From Octopus vulgaris (taxonomy: Eukaryota): 64,000 nucleotides of DNA. How positions within the stretch are numbered: the first letter of the stretch is position 1; each line of letters begins with the position of its first letter. The notes under the pieces were generated by a model. That model was not told the origin of the DNA. It searched no databases and was given only the letters and a program-made list of their open reading frames with translations. A program made the translations under genes and the position numbers. Shown one piece after another: positions 25,003 to 39,144 of the stretch. The DNA lies in the NCBI GenBank assembly GCA_951406725.2, contig OX597830.1:54436001-54500000 (forward strand), in the 5' to 3' direction.

Positions 25003-27317
25003 ATTATTATTATTATTAAACTACACTCCCGTCCTCGTCACTGCTTATAAAAGCCTTCTTTTAATTTTATTGTACATGTATTTTAACAAAATCTTTGATG
25101 GAACCTTTCGCGACTCACATTTCTAGAGTTATTGATCCATGCCGATTATTTAAGAATTCAGAGTTATCGACCCTAGCCAGTAGTTTATAGGGATAGGATA
25201 ACTCGATTACATATCGACCGCTGTGATCAGCTGACACTTATTTTATTGACCCTGAAAGGATGAAAGGCAAAGTCGACCTCGGCGGAATTTGAATTCTGAA
25301 CATAAAGACAGACGAAATGCCGCTAAGCATTTCGCCCAGTGTACTAACGATTGTGCCAGTTCGCCGCTTTTATTTAGATTGATTTCAAATTTTTGGCACA
25401 AGGCCAGTAATTTCGGGGAGGGGCTAAGTCGATTAAGTCGACCCCAAGTGCTCGACTAGCACTTACTTTAGCAACCCCGAAAGGACGAAAGGCAAAGTCG
25501 ACCTCGACGGAATTTGAACTCAGAACATAAAAAAGCAGACGAAATGCTGTTAAGCATTTTATCTGGGGTGCTACCGATTCTGCCAGCTTGCTCCCTCTGG
25601 ACTGTGATAACAATGATTTCATCTTTTCACACAAGGCCAGCAATTTTAGGGGAAGTAAGTCGATTTCATCGACCGCATGCTGAATTGGTAAGCACTTATA
25701 TTATCGAGCCCGAAAGGATTAAGAGGAAAAGTCAACCTCGGTGGAATTTTGGACTGCGCTAATGAAAAAAGAAATCAAGGCTCAAGTCAAAGCGATGGAC
25801 TAAGAATCGGAAGAGCATCGACCAAAAAATGGTATATTTACCTCTCTTCTTTTCAAAGTTCACCGAAGTCAAACAACCCTTTCTTCCTTCAGGGGTCGGT
25901 AAAATAATATAGCAGTCAGATATTGGGTCAACTTATATTTCTGTAGTATATCCTAGATATGAATGATATTACAAGAGAAAACAGAGCTACCATATATATT
26001 ATACTTCGTTATTCTCCTTCACAGTCGATCAAAATTTCTAGAAAAAGGAAGTTATTTCCCTTTAACTTGAAAATTCATGCTTCACTTTCAGACTCGAAAT
26101 TTTATTTTCTGTTAATGTTTTTCTAAATAAAAATTCAAAAAATAAATGATGGCGTGTTGATAATGATAATTCATAGAATAGAACTGTAAGAAATGTCGTG
26201 TTGTGGATCAATTACAAGACACCATTTTTTTTTCTTGAGAAGATCGATTTTATGCTACTGTACCAGTCATGTACTGGGGTCAATGTAATTGACAATCCCA
26301 CTCCAGCAAAGTTCCAGGCCTTGTGCTTAGAGCAGAAAGGATTATGATACTTTGACAGACCAGCAGTCTTCTTCAGGCTCAAAATGTAAAATGGAAGCAA
26401 CTGCAGAAACACAGAAATTCAAAATATAAATGAGGAAATCACAGTCTTCTTATTGTCTATTTATCTTCATGAAGAGTAATGTCAATCTTTATGAGACATG
26501 ATTATTATTATTATTATTATTATGAATATTTTTTTCCTTCTTTCTTCAAATTTTCTTCCATTTCTCGCTGAGTGTTTTCCGTACACTTAGGGTAGAGAAG
26601 CTCATTGTATTGATTTCCAGATTACACACACAAATTCACAGTAGTATATTTAGAAGATTGTTTGCTTTGGCTGGTCAGAGTGACCATTGGTTCCCAGTTC
26701 TGGAGAAATTATGTGCCTCTTGCCATTTGAGTCTAAGGAGTTATCTATACAGCTAAGCGCTTTATAGATGTAAAACCAGATGGCCCTTCTCTGGCCAGCC
26801 ATAGCAAACAACCTTCTCTCTCTCTCTATATATATATATATAATAATAATATTAGGGAGTAAATCCAAACTTACAGGGAAAAAATAGATTTAGGATTAAA
26901 TCTAATTTTACAGTATAAATATATATATTAAATTAGAGATAAAACCACTATTAGGCAAATCAAACAGTGAAAAACATAAACCAAATTTTGTATATTATAT
27001 TAATTAATTTTATTTCTATGTTTTGGTTTATGTTTTTCACTGTTTGATTTGCCTAATAGTGGTTTTATCTCTAATTTAATATATATATATATGTAAGTTC
27101 AGCAAAATTTAGATTTAGATGAATATGGTACTTAAGTTAAAGGCACCAGAATTTTGTATGGTATTATCCATATAAATCAAATGGGGTGATTATAATCAAA
27201 ATAAGCAACAAGGATATCCAAGGTAGAGTAGTACAATTGCTTCATGCTACTTCAGTGTTTAATAAAATGAAGTAGCATGAAACAATTGTATTACTCTACC
27301 TTGGATATACTGTTGCT

Positions 27318-27374
<57 letters not shown>

Positions 27375-27812
27375 TTTGTTTTTATGTTCAGTTATAATAA
27401 AAAAATGTTTAAATCAACCTGAAAGATAACTCCATACAAATTTATTATTCTTTAACAAGAATAGTGTTGACGGTGACTTCAAAGTTTTGGCTAGCTATGC
27501 CACCACCAATGATGGCTTAGCTGGATGAAACTCCAACCAGTACTGTTCTTGGTAAAGAATATATATATAAATACAAAGACAGACATACAGAAGTTGATAG
27601 TTCCAAAATATTCCATTAAGGAATTTAATACAGTTCTATATTTAAGAGATGAGGAATTATGTACAATTATTTACATATGACGGATATTTGTCCTCATCTT
27701 GTTTGTTGTTTGAAGGCTGATGTACTCTCCAGCCTTCATCAGGTTTCTTGGAGAAATTTCAAACCTTGGTTCGAAACTAGGAATGAGAACCCAGGTTTAA
27801 AATTTCCCCCAA

Positions 27813-27858
27813 GACACCTGATGAAGGCTGGAGGGTATATCAGCCGAAACGTTGTGTT
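27813..27858 (+). ncRNA. Minimal type I hammerhead ribozyme in the right arm of a palindromic Penelope-LTR-like element
   Basis: GACAC-CUGAUGA-a-GGCUG(loop)CAGCC-GAAA-CG-UU-GUGUU. A palindromic ACGU replaces helix III. Confidence 0.8.
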
Positions 27859-30800
27859 AACAACAAACAAGATGAGGACAAATAACCGTCAAATGTAAAT
27901 AATGTAAATAAAGAATTTAAGTAATCAAGTCTACTTCATTTTCAAAATTTATTTTATTGACAACAGCAGGATAAAAAAAATGATAATTTTACAAGCTGAA
28001 TCTTCAGCAAAAGCCATGTTTTACTTCCTTTTTTATTTGGTAATTGTGTCTGGTTTTCATGTGTAGACAACCCTGCATGAATTCCTTGAAGAAGAGAAAT
28101 ATTTGTGTTGCTATCACATCATCAGCCACTACTAAAGCCATCATCATTTTCACCATAATCACTATCACTACCATAACCATCATCATCATAATCTGCATCA
28201 TCACCACCATCACCTTCATCAAAACCACCACCACCACCACCACCACCGTCACCTCCTCTTCCTCTGTATCATCTTCATTATAATCATAATCATCACTACA
28301 GCATCGTCATTATCCTCATCATCCAACGTTTTGATATTTTGTAAATCTGATCCGAATTGAATATGTCTGCAACACATCTCTCCATGTCACTTGATCTGTT
28401 ACCATGTCAAAATTTATTATGGTTTTAGTTTTTTGTTTTTGTATGTTAAACATCACGTATTTTGCCAAAAGCTATCTCAATTGATTGTAGATTTCCAACA
28501 GATTAGTCACCAGTTCACTACATTCTTGATGGTAAGAGCGACATAGGAGCTTCTGTACAAACCAAACATTAAGGTATTTTTGTTTGAATGCACCAAGTTT
28601 ATTGATTTTCCTGCCAATGTTACATCTTTCACCAAGGCACATCACTGAAAGATGTAACATACATACATGACAAAACTCCAACACAGTTCTTGTCTACCAA
28701 ATATATTTTAAAAATATTGGTTTACTGGAGGCTGTGATAGAAGACACTTGCTCAATGTGCCACCCAGTGGGATTGAACCTGGGACCACATGGCTGTGAAG
28801 TGAACAGCTTAACCACACAACCATGCTGGTACCTAGGTGACACAACCATCTGATTTTCTCTTTTATCAAGTATTGTTCCTTCTGATAACAATACTTGGTA
28901 AATACATATATACCCTGGTCACATGACCCAGTATTGACTTTCCAGTGACTACTGGCTATTTATTAGTCAATCCTATATCCACTCACTTTAGTGAGCTGTG
29001 TGGCTCATTCTCACATAACAATCTACTGCACACTACATCATAGAGATATTGTCGATATAGCATAACGAAACAGTATCTTATGAACTCCAATATGTAATAT
29101 CATTTCTGATATAGATTATCACATCCATGAGTATGGAAACATATTACATAGTAACATGATACATCATGTATTGTGGGCAAATAAAATGTCTGGAACACCA
29201 CAAGATGTGCCTATACAAGAACCAGTGACTGACCTTGTATCTAATCACACAAACTGAACAAAATACTGACCAAAAACTCCTTACCATCTTCAGTATGGTA
29301 AATATTAGAAAATATTTTATAGCACCATTGAAAAACAGGGATCTTGACATTGGTAGTTAAATATCTTTTTATTATTTAATGTGTTGCATAACATTCAAAG
29401 CACAAATGTACATGAGAGGGGAAGTGAGATCTTACTCATATATATATATATATATATATATCACCGTGACTGACCAGGCTATCAGATGTTGCTACACATC
29501 GCTGGTCACAATGCACTTCGCATTGTTTTTAGCCTTCAAATGACGCCACTCTGCGAGAGAGAGAAAGTTGTGGCGAAAGAGTACAGCAGGGATCGCCACC
29601 ACTCCCTGCTAGAGCCTCGTGGAGCTTTAGGTGTTTTCGCTCAATAAACACTTACAACACCCGGTCTGGGTATCAAAACCGTGATCCTACAACCGCAAGT
29701 CCGCTGCCCTAACCACTGGGCCATTGTGCCTCCACACACATATATATGTGTGTGTGTACATTTCATACACAAATATACTATATGGGATTATAGGCAACAT
29801 CACTAATGCTGATGCAATGATAAAATGCTCCCTAACATTCTGTAGAATGGTTAGTGTTAGAAAGGGCATCCAGTTGTAGAAACCTAACCACAAAATATAA
29901 CGTACGAGTGTTATATGGTTCTTCAAACTAAGACGGAAGTATCCCTGAATAAGAACTGACGTGTACTCTGACAAGCTGTCCAGGATGGAAAGCAGATGTA
30001 AAATGATGACAATAAGGATGAAGATATGTATGAAATGTTTCAATAGTTAAGGAGTTTGTATAGGAGTACAACGTTGTGATAGCAGTAAGAACTGAACTTA
30101 TAATGATGCAATCACTGTTCTATCACTATAACCTCATACTATACCTGTTATTTCATCAATATCATTATCAAGGTGGTGAGCTGTCAAAATGTTTAGTAGC
30201 ATCTCTTTCAGCTTTACATTTAGAGTTCAAATTCCATCAAAGTTGACTTTGCCTGTCATTCTTTTGGGGTCAATAAAATATGTATCATTTGAGTACCGGG
30301 GTTGATGTAACTCACTCGTCCGCACTCCATCAAAATTTCAGGTCTAGTGCCCTGGAGTAGAAACAATTATTATTATTATTATTGTTGTAACTGTTCCTTC
30401 CCCACTGTTTCTTGTTATTTTCCCTATGTGTCTCACCTTTGTACTGCACCCAAAGTCTTTGACCCCTTGTGACAAATAAAAGAAATCCTTATCTGCACAC
30501 ACTCGATGGATCTAGCTATCAACTGAGTCCATCATAATGATTGCCCTGCTGCCTACTTTTAACCAGGCAAAGAAGGCAGTTTAGCTCTGTCTTGCAGCAA
30601 TAACAAAAGAAGCTATCTGATGGAGGAGGCTGAAAGGTACAAGGACAAAGACTTTCTTCCTAAGTAAAGGCCTCGACTTTACAAATTTTAGTTGAAAAGG
30701 AAGGTGAGGGTAGAGAGGCAAGTACTTCCTTTGAGTTAATTTACTGAAAGCAATAAAAATGGTGAGAGTGGATGGCACCTTTCTAAGTATGAGACAATAG

Positions 30801-31499
30801 ATTAGGGAACAACAGCTGGAGTGGGTGCTTACTCTTGGATGGTAGGGATTCCTTGGTAGGTCATCTTGTAGCAAGAGGATTGCATCATCATCATCTTTTT
30901 TTTTTTTAATGTGTGTATGTATATGCCATGTATAATTATATTTCATGCATTTTGGGGATTCATTTGATTCAATGTAAATCTACATAGTGTCTATTTTGTA
31001 TCACATTTGCTTGGGTTGCAAATAAAAAAAAGTATCATTATTCTTCTTCTCCTTCTCAATATTATTATTACTATTATTATTATTCTGTTTGGTAGTTATA
31101 GTGAAAGTGGTTGTATTTTAGACAATATTAAAAGGTTTGAAGGCAGACACCTCACTCTTTGGTCAAGCCCTCATTCAATTTTTCTATTCCACTTGGGAAG
31201 GAAAGTACTCTCTCCAGTAAACAGCTGGGCAAGGGTTTGTACCCCTGGTGGTTAGGGTGATCCTGAATCTTCAGGGTTCCTTGGTTGACACCTTAGTTGA
31301 ATGTTCTCCTGTATCAAGAGGATTCTATCTTCCACATCTTTTATAAGCTATGTATACTTTTTATTCCATCCCTTCCCACTCCTTTTTGCTCCCACCACCA
31401 TTTTCAAGTAAGCCCTCACTCAAACTGAAAACTGTTTTTGTAATGTCCCTTACATCAGCTGCCCTTGTGGCAGATAAAAGAAAATAATAATAAAGTTAA

Positions 31500-32030
31500 T
31501 TTAATTAGCAGGAATGTTATCTTGGAGTTTGGTAACAAGTCTCCTCAAATCCTAAAAATCTTTCATGGGATTCTTGTAGAATATAATAGGATGGTACTTT
31601 CCTGCAGGTTGACAATGAAAATTTCAATTCCAATCTCCAGTCTTTTAGATAGCATTTTGGGTGTTGTGCCAAGTGCACCAATTACTACAGGAATAACTGT
31701 TGTCTTGGCCTTCCCCAGTCTCCTCAGCTCTTTGGCTAGATCCAGATATTTCTCAATTTTTCCAATCCCTTTGGTATTTACTTTTCAATAACAGGAAATT
31801 GCAAAACCTATGATCTTACCCTTTATTTTGTCCCCTACAATTGTATATGACCAACTTGCTTTAATAGGGTCATAAATTTTTTTTTTTATGGAAAGCCTTT
31901 CAAGATCCCGTAATTCTCATTTTCTGTCATAGCCCCTGATTTGTGTTTGTATCCCCGTTCTGTTATTTTGAAGCCATGCACTTGGATAACATCCCAATGC
32001 ACTTTTTTGCTTACACAGTCATGCTTGCAC
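31500..32030 (-). mobile_element. Highly decayed RLE-type LINE fragment
   Basis: The minus strand encodes EKYLDLAKELRRLGK...VIPVVIGALGT-like text. Confidence 0.55.
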
Positions 32031-32247
32031 TTATACTTATTATTCCCAAAATTGCTGGCTTTGTGCCTATATTTGAAACCATTGTTATTATGCTGATGAT
32101 GGTCGTGTTGATGAAGCTAGGAATAATTTAACTGACCTGACCTGGCAGAAGTTATCTTCTTTCTCTTTCGTTACATCATTGTTGACATTTGTTTTTACTG
32201 TTGTTGTCCTCTTGTCTTGTGATGACTTAGCTTTATGTATGAACATA

Positions 32248-32280
<33 letters not shown>

Positions 32281-32289
32281 TGTGTGTGT

Positions 32290-32320
<31 letters not shown>

Positions 32321-32326
32321 CATATA

Positions 32327-32544
32327 GAAGGAAGTGCTGAAAAGTTCCTGGCTTTAAGGGGATCATGAAAGGTCTGGTTGGAGGCCCAACCCTCAGAGTT
32401 CTTTTACAGAACTTAGAAAAAAATGAAGGACTGCGTGCAATTAGTATGTCAATCTGAGAGGGGAATATGTTGAATAAAATCATAATTAACTCATCCTCCT
32501 CTATTTTCTTTTACCCAAAGCCAAGAACTTTCAGCACCCTCTTG
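32327..32544. mobile_element. Mariner-type MITE
   Basis: Terminal inverted repeats GTGCTGAAAAGTTCCTGGCTTT / AAAGCCAAGAACTTTCAGCAC. Confidence 0.65.
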
Positions 32545-32819
32545 TCTATTTACATGCACAATATGTGTGTGTGTGTAAACAATAAGCTATTGCTCACTTA
32601 ATTACATCATTAAAATTGTTCAGTTTCTTCATTTAGTTAATAATAGTTAAAACAGGCTTCACCAATTGAAAAAGAAGAATATCATAAAATTGACAGTTTT
32701 CAAGGACATTTTAGGCAACATACAAGGTTTCAAAAGGTTTTATTTTTGTGAGTAAACGGAAGTTTAGTTGGGGGTTAAAGGTAGCAAAGTTTAGAGAATG
32801 TGAAGGAGTAGGTGTAGAT

Positions 32820-33285
32820 CAGTGGTTCTCAACTTGGGTCCATATGACCCTTGGGGGTTCATATGGGTCTCAGGACTCATATAAGATTTTGTCATCAAAA
32901 TTTATGGGCAGTAAATTGGTTAATGCACAAAATATTTTAACAAATTTTTAAAACAATTCCTAATAATATTTAACCTTTCCGTTACCATATTCACTTTGAA
33001 ATACAGTCTTCGTTTCAATTAATTTCTAAAATAATGAAGAACTTAGTAAAATAACCTTGTCCTGGTTTCCAGAACACAAATTAACAAGGAATTTTAATGA
33101 AAGGTTTTAATTAAGATCACTTAAAACACAAAGTAGGTATAGTAGAACCAAAAGTGGTTTGAGATGGGTTGGTATCAAAAGGGTTATTTGTAAAAATACA
33201 ATAGGACCAAATGGCTATGGGGGTCCACCCAAGTGAAATCGGAATCAAAGGGGTTCATAGGGGGAAAAATGGTTGAGAACCACTG
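32820..33285. mobile_element. hAT (Charlie-like) MITE containing a nested piggyBac-like MITE (about 32970-33186)
   Basis: TIR CAGTGGTTCTCAAC / GTTGAGAACCACTG; 8-bp TSD gtgtagat/gtttagat; inner element TTAACCTTT...AAAGGGTTA. Confidence 0.8.
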
Positions 33286-33539
33286 GTTTAGATGAAGATG
33301 GCTACAGAAAGGCAGACAGGCAGTCAGACAGGCAGAGACAGACAGGCAGGCAGGCAGGCAAGCAGGCAGACAGCTTCATTAGTACACTAGACATAGATAT
33401 TTCCATCAAGATGGAAACTGTCTCATTCAATGGAGACATTTTGGCGCCAATATCAAAGATAATTTAACAAAGAAATTTTTAAAGAAAAAGAACAAAAAAA
33501 AAAGACATCTTATACAAAAAAGATTATGGATGAATGACA

Positions 33540-34230
33540 CAACACGAGCTTCTACATAGTCAGCCAGCCTGCTAGAAATAGCAGCTAAATCTCTCAAGTC
33601 ATATATTAAACAGAAGAACACATTGGGTAATGTTGTCTAAGATATACCATGTCTGGCAAAATTTCGATATAGAAAGATCACCCTATGTCTGAATGATTAG
33701 AGAGGATGGTCACAGCTGATCTGTGCATCAACAACAACATCACAGTGATGAGCTGAGAGAGGAACTATGTGGTCACTCAACTCGCTAGAAATAGCAGCCA
33801 GATCTCCCTCAAATTACACGCTACTCTCTAAAGAAGAGGATATGTTAGATGTGATCTTAGGGTTTCCTGCGTTAAGGAAAATGGGGTGGTCACAATTGGA
33901 ATGCCATTTGTCATAGGAATCTGCTCGATCATAGCTGACCCTTGGCTAAAAAAACAGCATCAACATCATCAATACTATTACCACTAACACAGAGAGAGAG
34001 CCTCTACATGGTTGCTTAAGCTGGTAGAAACAGCAGCGAATTCTACCTCAAATTGCATGCTAGTCTTAAAAGTTGGAAATAAACATTGGATATCGTTGTC
34101 CAAAATACATTATAACTGAAAGAATGATAACTACAGGATGGTCATAACTGATGGTCAAGACTGGAATGTCTTTAACCATAGGTCCATCTGTTAAGGGTTG
34201 ACCTCAACAACAACAACAACAACAACAAAT
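33540..34230 (+). repeat. Three tandem diverged copies of a dispersed repeat (also about 5455-5660 +, 15250-15470 - and 56965-57075 -)
   Basis: GCTAGAAATAGCAGC(C/T)A.ATCT... motif at about 33570, 33785 and 34022. Confidence 0.6.
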
Positions 34231-34965
34231 ATATCAGGGGGGAAAAAATGAAGAAAAGAAAATATATAAAGTAAAAATAGCTGATTTACGGGTACAGGCA
34301 TGGCTGTGTGGTTAAGGAGCTCACTCTGTAACTCCATGACTTTGGGTTCAGTCTCACGGCATGGCACTTTAAAAGCATAAGTACTGTGGGGTGGGGGAGA
34401 TTTTGTCTGACAAAACCCCCCAAGGCAGTGCCCCAGTACAACTGCAGCCCAGTGACCGTAACAAATACAACATAAAAAATAAAAGATATTTCCTTGTTTC
34501 TTTTTATTGCTTTCTTTTTCTCTTTACAAGACTCCATTGCAATGTGAAGGACAAAATCCATTAGCCCTTTACCAGGGACTTCAAGGCTAGTGGGAAGAAG
34601 GAGGGAAATTATTTCCATCTGGCAGACCTGACCCTTATATATTTGTAATGGAGAGGACTTCCCTAAAGGCAGCCAGGTGCCCCATGTTTAGACATGTGAA
34701 AAACTAAATCTACCAACTAAAATCAGGAATAGCCCTTCTGATAGTGTTCCACGCAGTTTCGGTCTTCCAAATATAATTCACAATTCTTCAGTTGATTCAA
34801 AGCTATGGTAGAAGACACTTATCCAAGGGTTCCACACAGTGGGATTGAACCTGAAGACACATAGTTTTAGAAGAGAACATCTTAACCACACAGCCAAATA
34901 GATAGCTGCCATATTAGATCCTTCGAAAATCACTCCCTATCTTTTAATTAAACTGGGTTGTGTAT

Positions 34966-34999
<34 letters not shown>

Positions 35000-36184
35000 G
35001 GCATTAAACAGTAAGAAATTCTAGAGAGAGACAAATAGCAGAATGTCTTCATAGAAGGAGCCCACCCACCTCATGTAAGTTTTGGCCCTTAACTTGAAGG
35101 GGACTGGGCTGCATCCAGGTTATGACTATTGGATACCCCTCTACTGCCACATTCTGTGCTACAGTCTACATTGCAACCCTCCTATGTTATACAGTACGAT
35201 GTGACATGATATTTTCACATCACATATAAAGCTATGAGACAAGACCATAACCATTGCGTGATGTCGCTATGTGCACAGGTTGTTCCTAGCAAGCCAACAG
35301 AGAAGGGGAATTCATTAAAGATACCTAATTTCCAAACTATATACTTTTTTAAAACAAAGTTAAGTGAGAGAAGAGTATGTTGTTAAGGGGTGGGAGAGGG
35401 CGAGACAGGAGAAGAGTTACTGGTTGCACATACCCAACACAAGGGTAGAGAAGAGTTCATGTCTTCTTGTCTCTTATTGGTTCTCTGTTGTCTTCCTGAA
35501 AGTTCTTGAAACTTCAGTGGTTCATTCTACCTGGCGGTATATAGGTATTGTGATAAGGTAGACCAAAAGACACTAGGAGTAGGTGGGGGTGGAGTACAAA
35601 TGAATTCTCAAAATTAAAAGGACGAAGAATGAAAGCTGTATCTACCTTTATACATAAGGTTAATCTTGATATTAAGGAGTGTGGCTCACAATCTTACAAT
35701 TGTGATTTGATTCCTAGGAACACGTTGTGTCCTTGAGCAAGACACTTTATTCCACATTGCTTCAGTCCACTCAGCTGGCAAAAATGAGTTGTACCTGCAA
35801 TTCAAAGAGCCAGCCTTGTCACACTCTGTATCACACTGAATCTCTCTGAGAACTACATTAAGAGTATATGTGTCTGTGGAGTACTCGGCCACATGCACGT
35901 TAATTTCATGAGCAGGCTGTTCTATCATCATAACTGTCCCATTGTTGTAACTGACAGAGAACCAGTAATAAACTTGGTATTTAACCTTTAATTTTAAAAA
36001 ATAAGCACATGAACAAAAAAAAAAACAGATTTAGGTAGTGGTAAGCGAACCTATTGCATGTAGCAGTCATATTCCATGAGACCATTAACTGTGAAAATAT
36101 AACACACAACAGATATGGACCTAAGTAATAGCTAGTGACCTTACTGCATGTGGCAGCCATATTTCTGTGGAGGCATGAAATCAT

Positions 36185-36575
36185 CATCCTCATCATCATC
36201 ATTGTTTAACATCCGTTTTCCATCCTAGCATGGGTTCGACGGTTCAACCGGGGTCTGGGAAGCCAGAAGGCTGCACCAGGCTCCAGTCTGATCTGGCAGT
36301 GTTTCTAAAGCTGGATGCCCTTCCTAACGCCAACCACTCCATGAGTGTAGTGGGTGCTTTTTACGTGCCACTGGCACAGGTGCCAGGGGAGGCTGGCAGC
36401 GGCCACGATCGGTTGGTGCTTTTTACGTGCCACCAGCATGGAAGCAAGTCAAGGCAGCGCTGGCATCGGCCACTTTCAGATGGTGCTTTTTACGTGCTGC
36501 CAGCACAGGTATCGTAACTACAATTTCCATTTGATATTTATTTTGATATCGATGTACTTGATTCAATAGGTCTCC
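36185..36575 (-). mobile_element. SINE family C with a (GAT)n tail. Also near 39420-39755, 44515-44700, 49555-49885, 56160-56382 and 61405-61730.
   Basis: Shared GAGTGGTTGGCGTTAGGAAGGGCATCCAGCTGTAGAA...CATGGAAAGCGGACGTTAAACGATGATG. Confidence 0.8.
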
Positions 36576-37692
36576 AACATATTCAGTAGGAAGAGATGTC
36601 AGTTATCAATGAATCAACAACATGTAGCAACAGGTAGCAGCTAATTGTTCTGAAAATTAGCACTGTCATATGCAGTAAAGGAATTTTCTTAGTAGTCTCG
36701 TGACTTCTTAAATGTTGCAGCCAAATCTCCCCTAACAGAATCTCTACTGGGGACCTTTGTTTGTCAATGCTAAATCATAGAAAAGAGTCCTCACTATAAT
36801 TAAGATTGGTGTTTCTAGTTAGAGAGGCTTGTTAATGATTTGTAATAATTATGCATCATAACATATCAACATTTATACAGTAATACTTCTGCAGATAAAG
36901 GTGTATAAATGGGTGGAGGGTGAATGTGATGTAGGTAGATAGGCACATATATGGGTAGAGAGAGAGGGGGAGGGACATAGACAGATAGGAACTTAGATAG
37001 ATAGATGGACAGATAGACATACATATATAGACAAATGGTCAGATGAACAAAAGGATGGGCGGATGAACAGACAGATGGACAGAAAGACAGAGAGTTACAC
37101 AGAGAGAAAATAAAAGCTAACCAATTAACTAATTGGCTAGATAAATGGATAGGATGTACAGAGCATCACAATTGCTTGCATCCAGAAAACACTAAACAGA
37201 AGGGCTGCCACAAAGAAACACAAGATTAAGAGAATTCAATGCACATCAAAGAACATTAACTGATTGGATTCCAGTCTTAAGGCAAAAACATTTAAAAATG
37301 AAAGCAAAGCATCAGGACCATAATCATCATCATCATCATTCTAATTATTGTTGCGACACTTATTGTCAGCATCAACACAATCGCAATCAATATCATTATC
37401 ACCAGGGAAATGTAATCAAGAGTACAACAGGTGCTTTGAAACATTCTGCGATTAAAGGATTAAAAAAAAAATGCACTTAGAATTGAAACTGGAATACATA
37501 AACGGGGTGGGGGTGGGGAGCAAATTTGGATATAACTTTTAACAAAAAGTTACAACAGGGTGGTTGTTGTTGTTGTTGCAAGTCTGAAAATTATTTTAAT
37601 GTGTTTTTTTTTTGGTGTGGGTAGAGAGAACTGTGACACTGATTGGAGCAACTACTTTTAATTAATATCACAACCTAAAGACATTCTAATAT

Positions 37693-37737
<45 letters not shown>

Positions 37738-38270
37738 AAGGATTTCATATATCCAAAAAAGAAGCAAACTCTAGAGCATTAGACAAGTGTAATATATATA
37801 TATATATATATATATCTTTTGTATATATCTATATCTGTATCTAAGTGTGTGTGTGTATGCATGCACATGCTTTGAGCAAAATTCAGCTGCCATATCAAGA
37901 AAAAAATTAGTTGAAAAATGAATTTGAAGATGTGTGAAATATTGTTTGACGAAACAAACTTTTCTCTGAGGAGGTAGATTATTACAAGAAAATATATTTG
38001 TTTGTATTAAATAATCTATAAAGAGTGACAAAAGAGAGAGAGAAAAAAAAGGGCAGTGGTGTATAGTTATTAGAAGAACCAAGGTTTGGTGCCAACTATA
38101 ATTAGGTTACTAGTGTCCAGGAGTCAATGAAATGAGGTGTGTTGACATTTATGTTGGGATCAGTAGGGCATCGGAGAAGTGGCTGGAGGAAACAGGATGT
38201 GTCCAACACTTACCATAGAATAAGACACAAAGATTGCTTTGTAAAATAAATGTCACATGTTGAAAAGCCA

Positions 38271-38304
<34 letters not shown>

Positions 38305-38940
38305 TTTATATAAATATGTCTTTTAATATTAACGAGAGGACCTCTAGAGAGCTATCTCTTATCTGTTTCACAGTTCAGTTGAAATGTTGAAAATGGATAA
38401 ACTCTTTATAGGGCCTCTTGCTGCTGTTGCTATTATTATTATTATTATTATTATTATTATCATCGTTATTATTATTATTAATAATAATAATAACAACAGC
38501 AACAATAAAATATACACTCTACATAATTGTGTATTGAGTCCTTATTTGAACTATGATCGATCTTCCCATCTTCCCAGATCTATCCTGGGCATTTGTATAT
38601 AAATATATATGCGTGTGTGTGGGTGCGTGCACAAAATAGAACATAAAAAATATCAGCACTGAATGGGAACCACATGACAGAAAAAGAGCTGCACTTTGGA
38701 AGACGGGGTCAGAGGAAGTGGGGAGAAGAAGGTCGATAATAAAACTTGAAATAATAAACACGTATAAAATTTTTAAATTTCTCAAAAAAAAATTTTAAAA
38801 AGAAAGAAAAATTGATAAACATATAAAAAAATATAATCTATTATTTTCCTTGTTTAAATTGACATGACATCATAATTATCATCATCATCATTGTCGTATA
38901 CATTACAAATGTTGTCATCATCGTCATCATCGTCAACACA

Positions 38941-39144
38941 TCACTTATATTTGTTCATGAATTTCTCATGGAATTCTTGGAAGCCACACATCATCTTCTT
39001 CAGTTCATTCAGTTGAGGTAATATTGTTGAACGAAAGTGGTATGTTCCCTCTTGCTGACCAAATCCACTTCCTGGCACGACACAAATTCCTGTTGCTTCC
39101 AACAGTTCGGAACAGTAGAGGAAATCTGGGCTTATACCCATAGA
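38941..39144 (-). CDS. GPT: Alanine aminotransferase terminal exon (SMGISPDF...VVPGSGFGQQEGTYHFRSTILP...KYK*)
   Basis: cag acceptor, TGA stop, VPGSGFGQ and HFRxTILP motifs. The 11 exons total 1326 nt in frame. Confidence 0.95.
   Translation of the reverse strand, partial: SMGISPDFLYCSELLEATGICVVPGSGFGQQEGTYHFRSTILPQLNELKKMMCGFQEFHEKFMNKYK

Noticed and set aside
28050-28690. Possible small exons (TTLHEFLEEEKYL on +; KLLCRSYHQECSELV on -)
   Set aside because: No consistent donor/acceptor chain and no recognisable protein similarity
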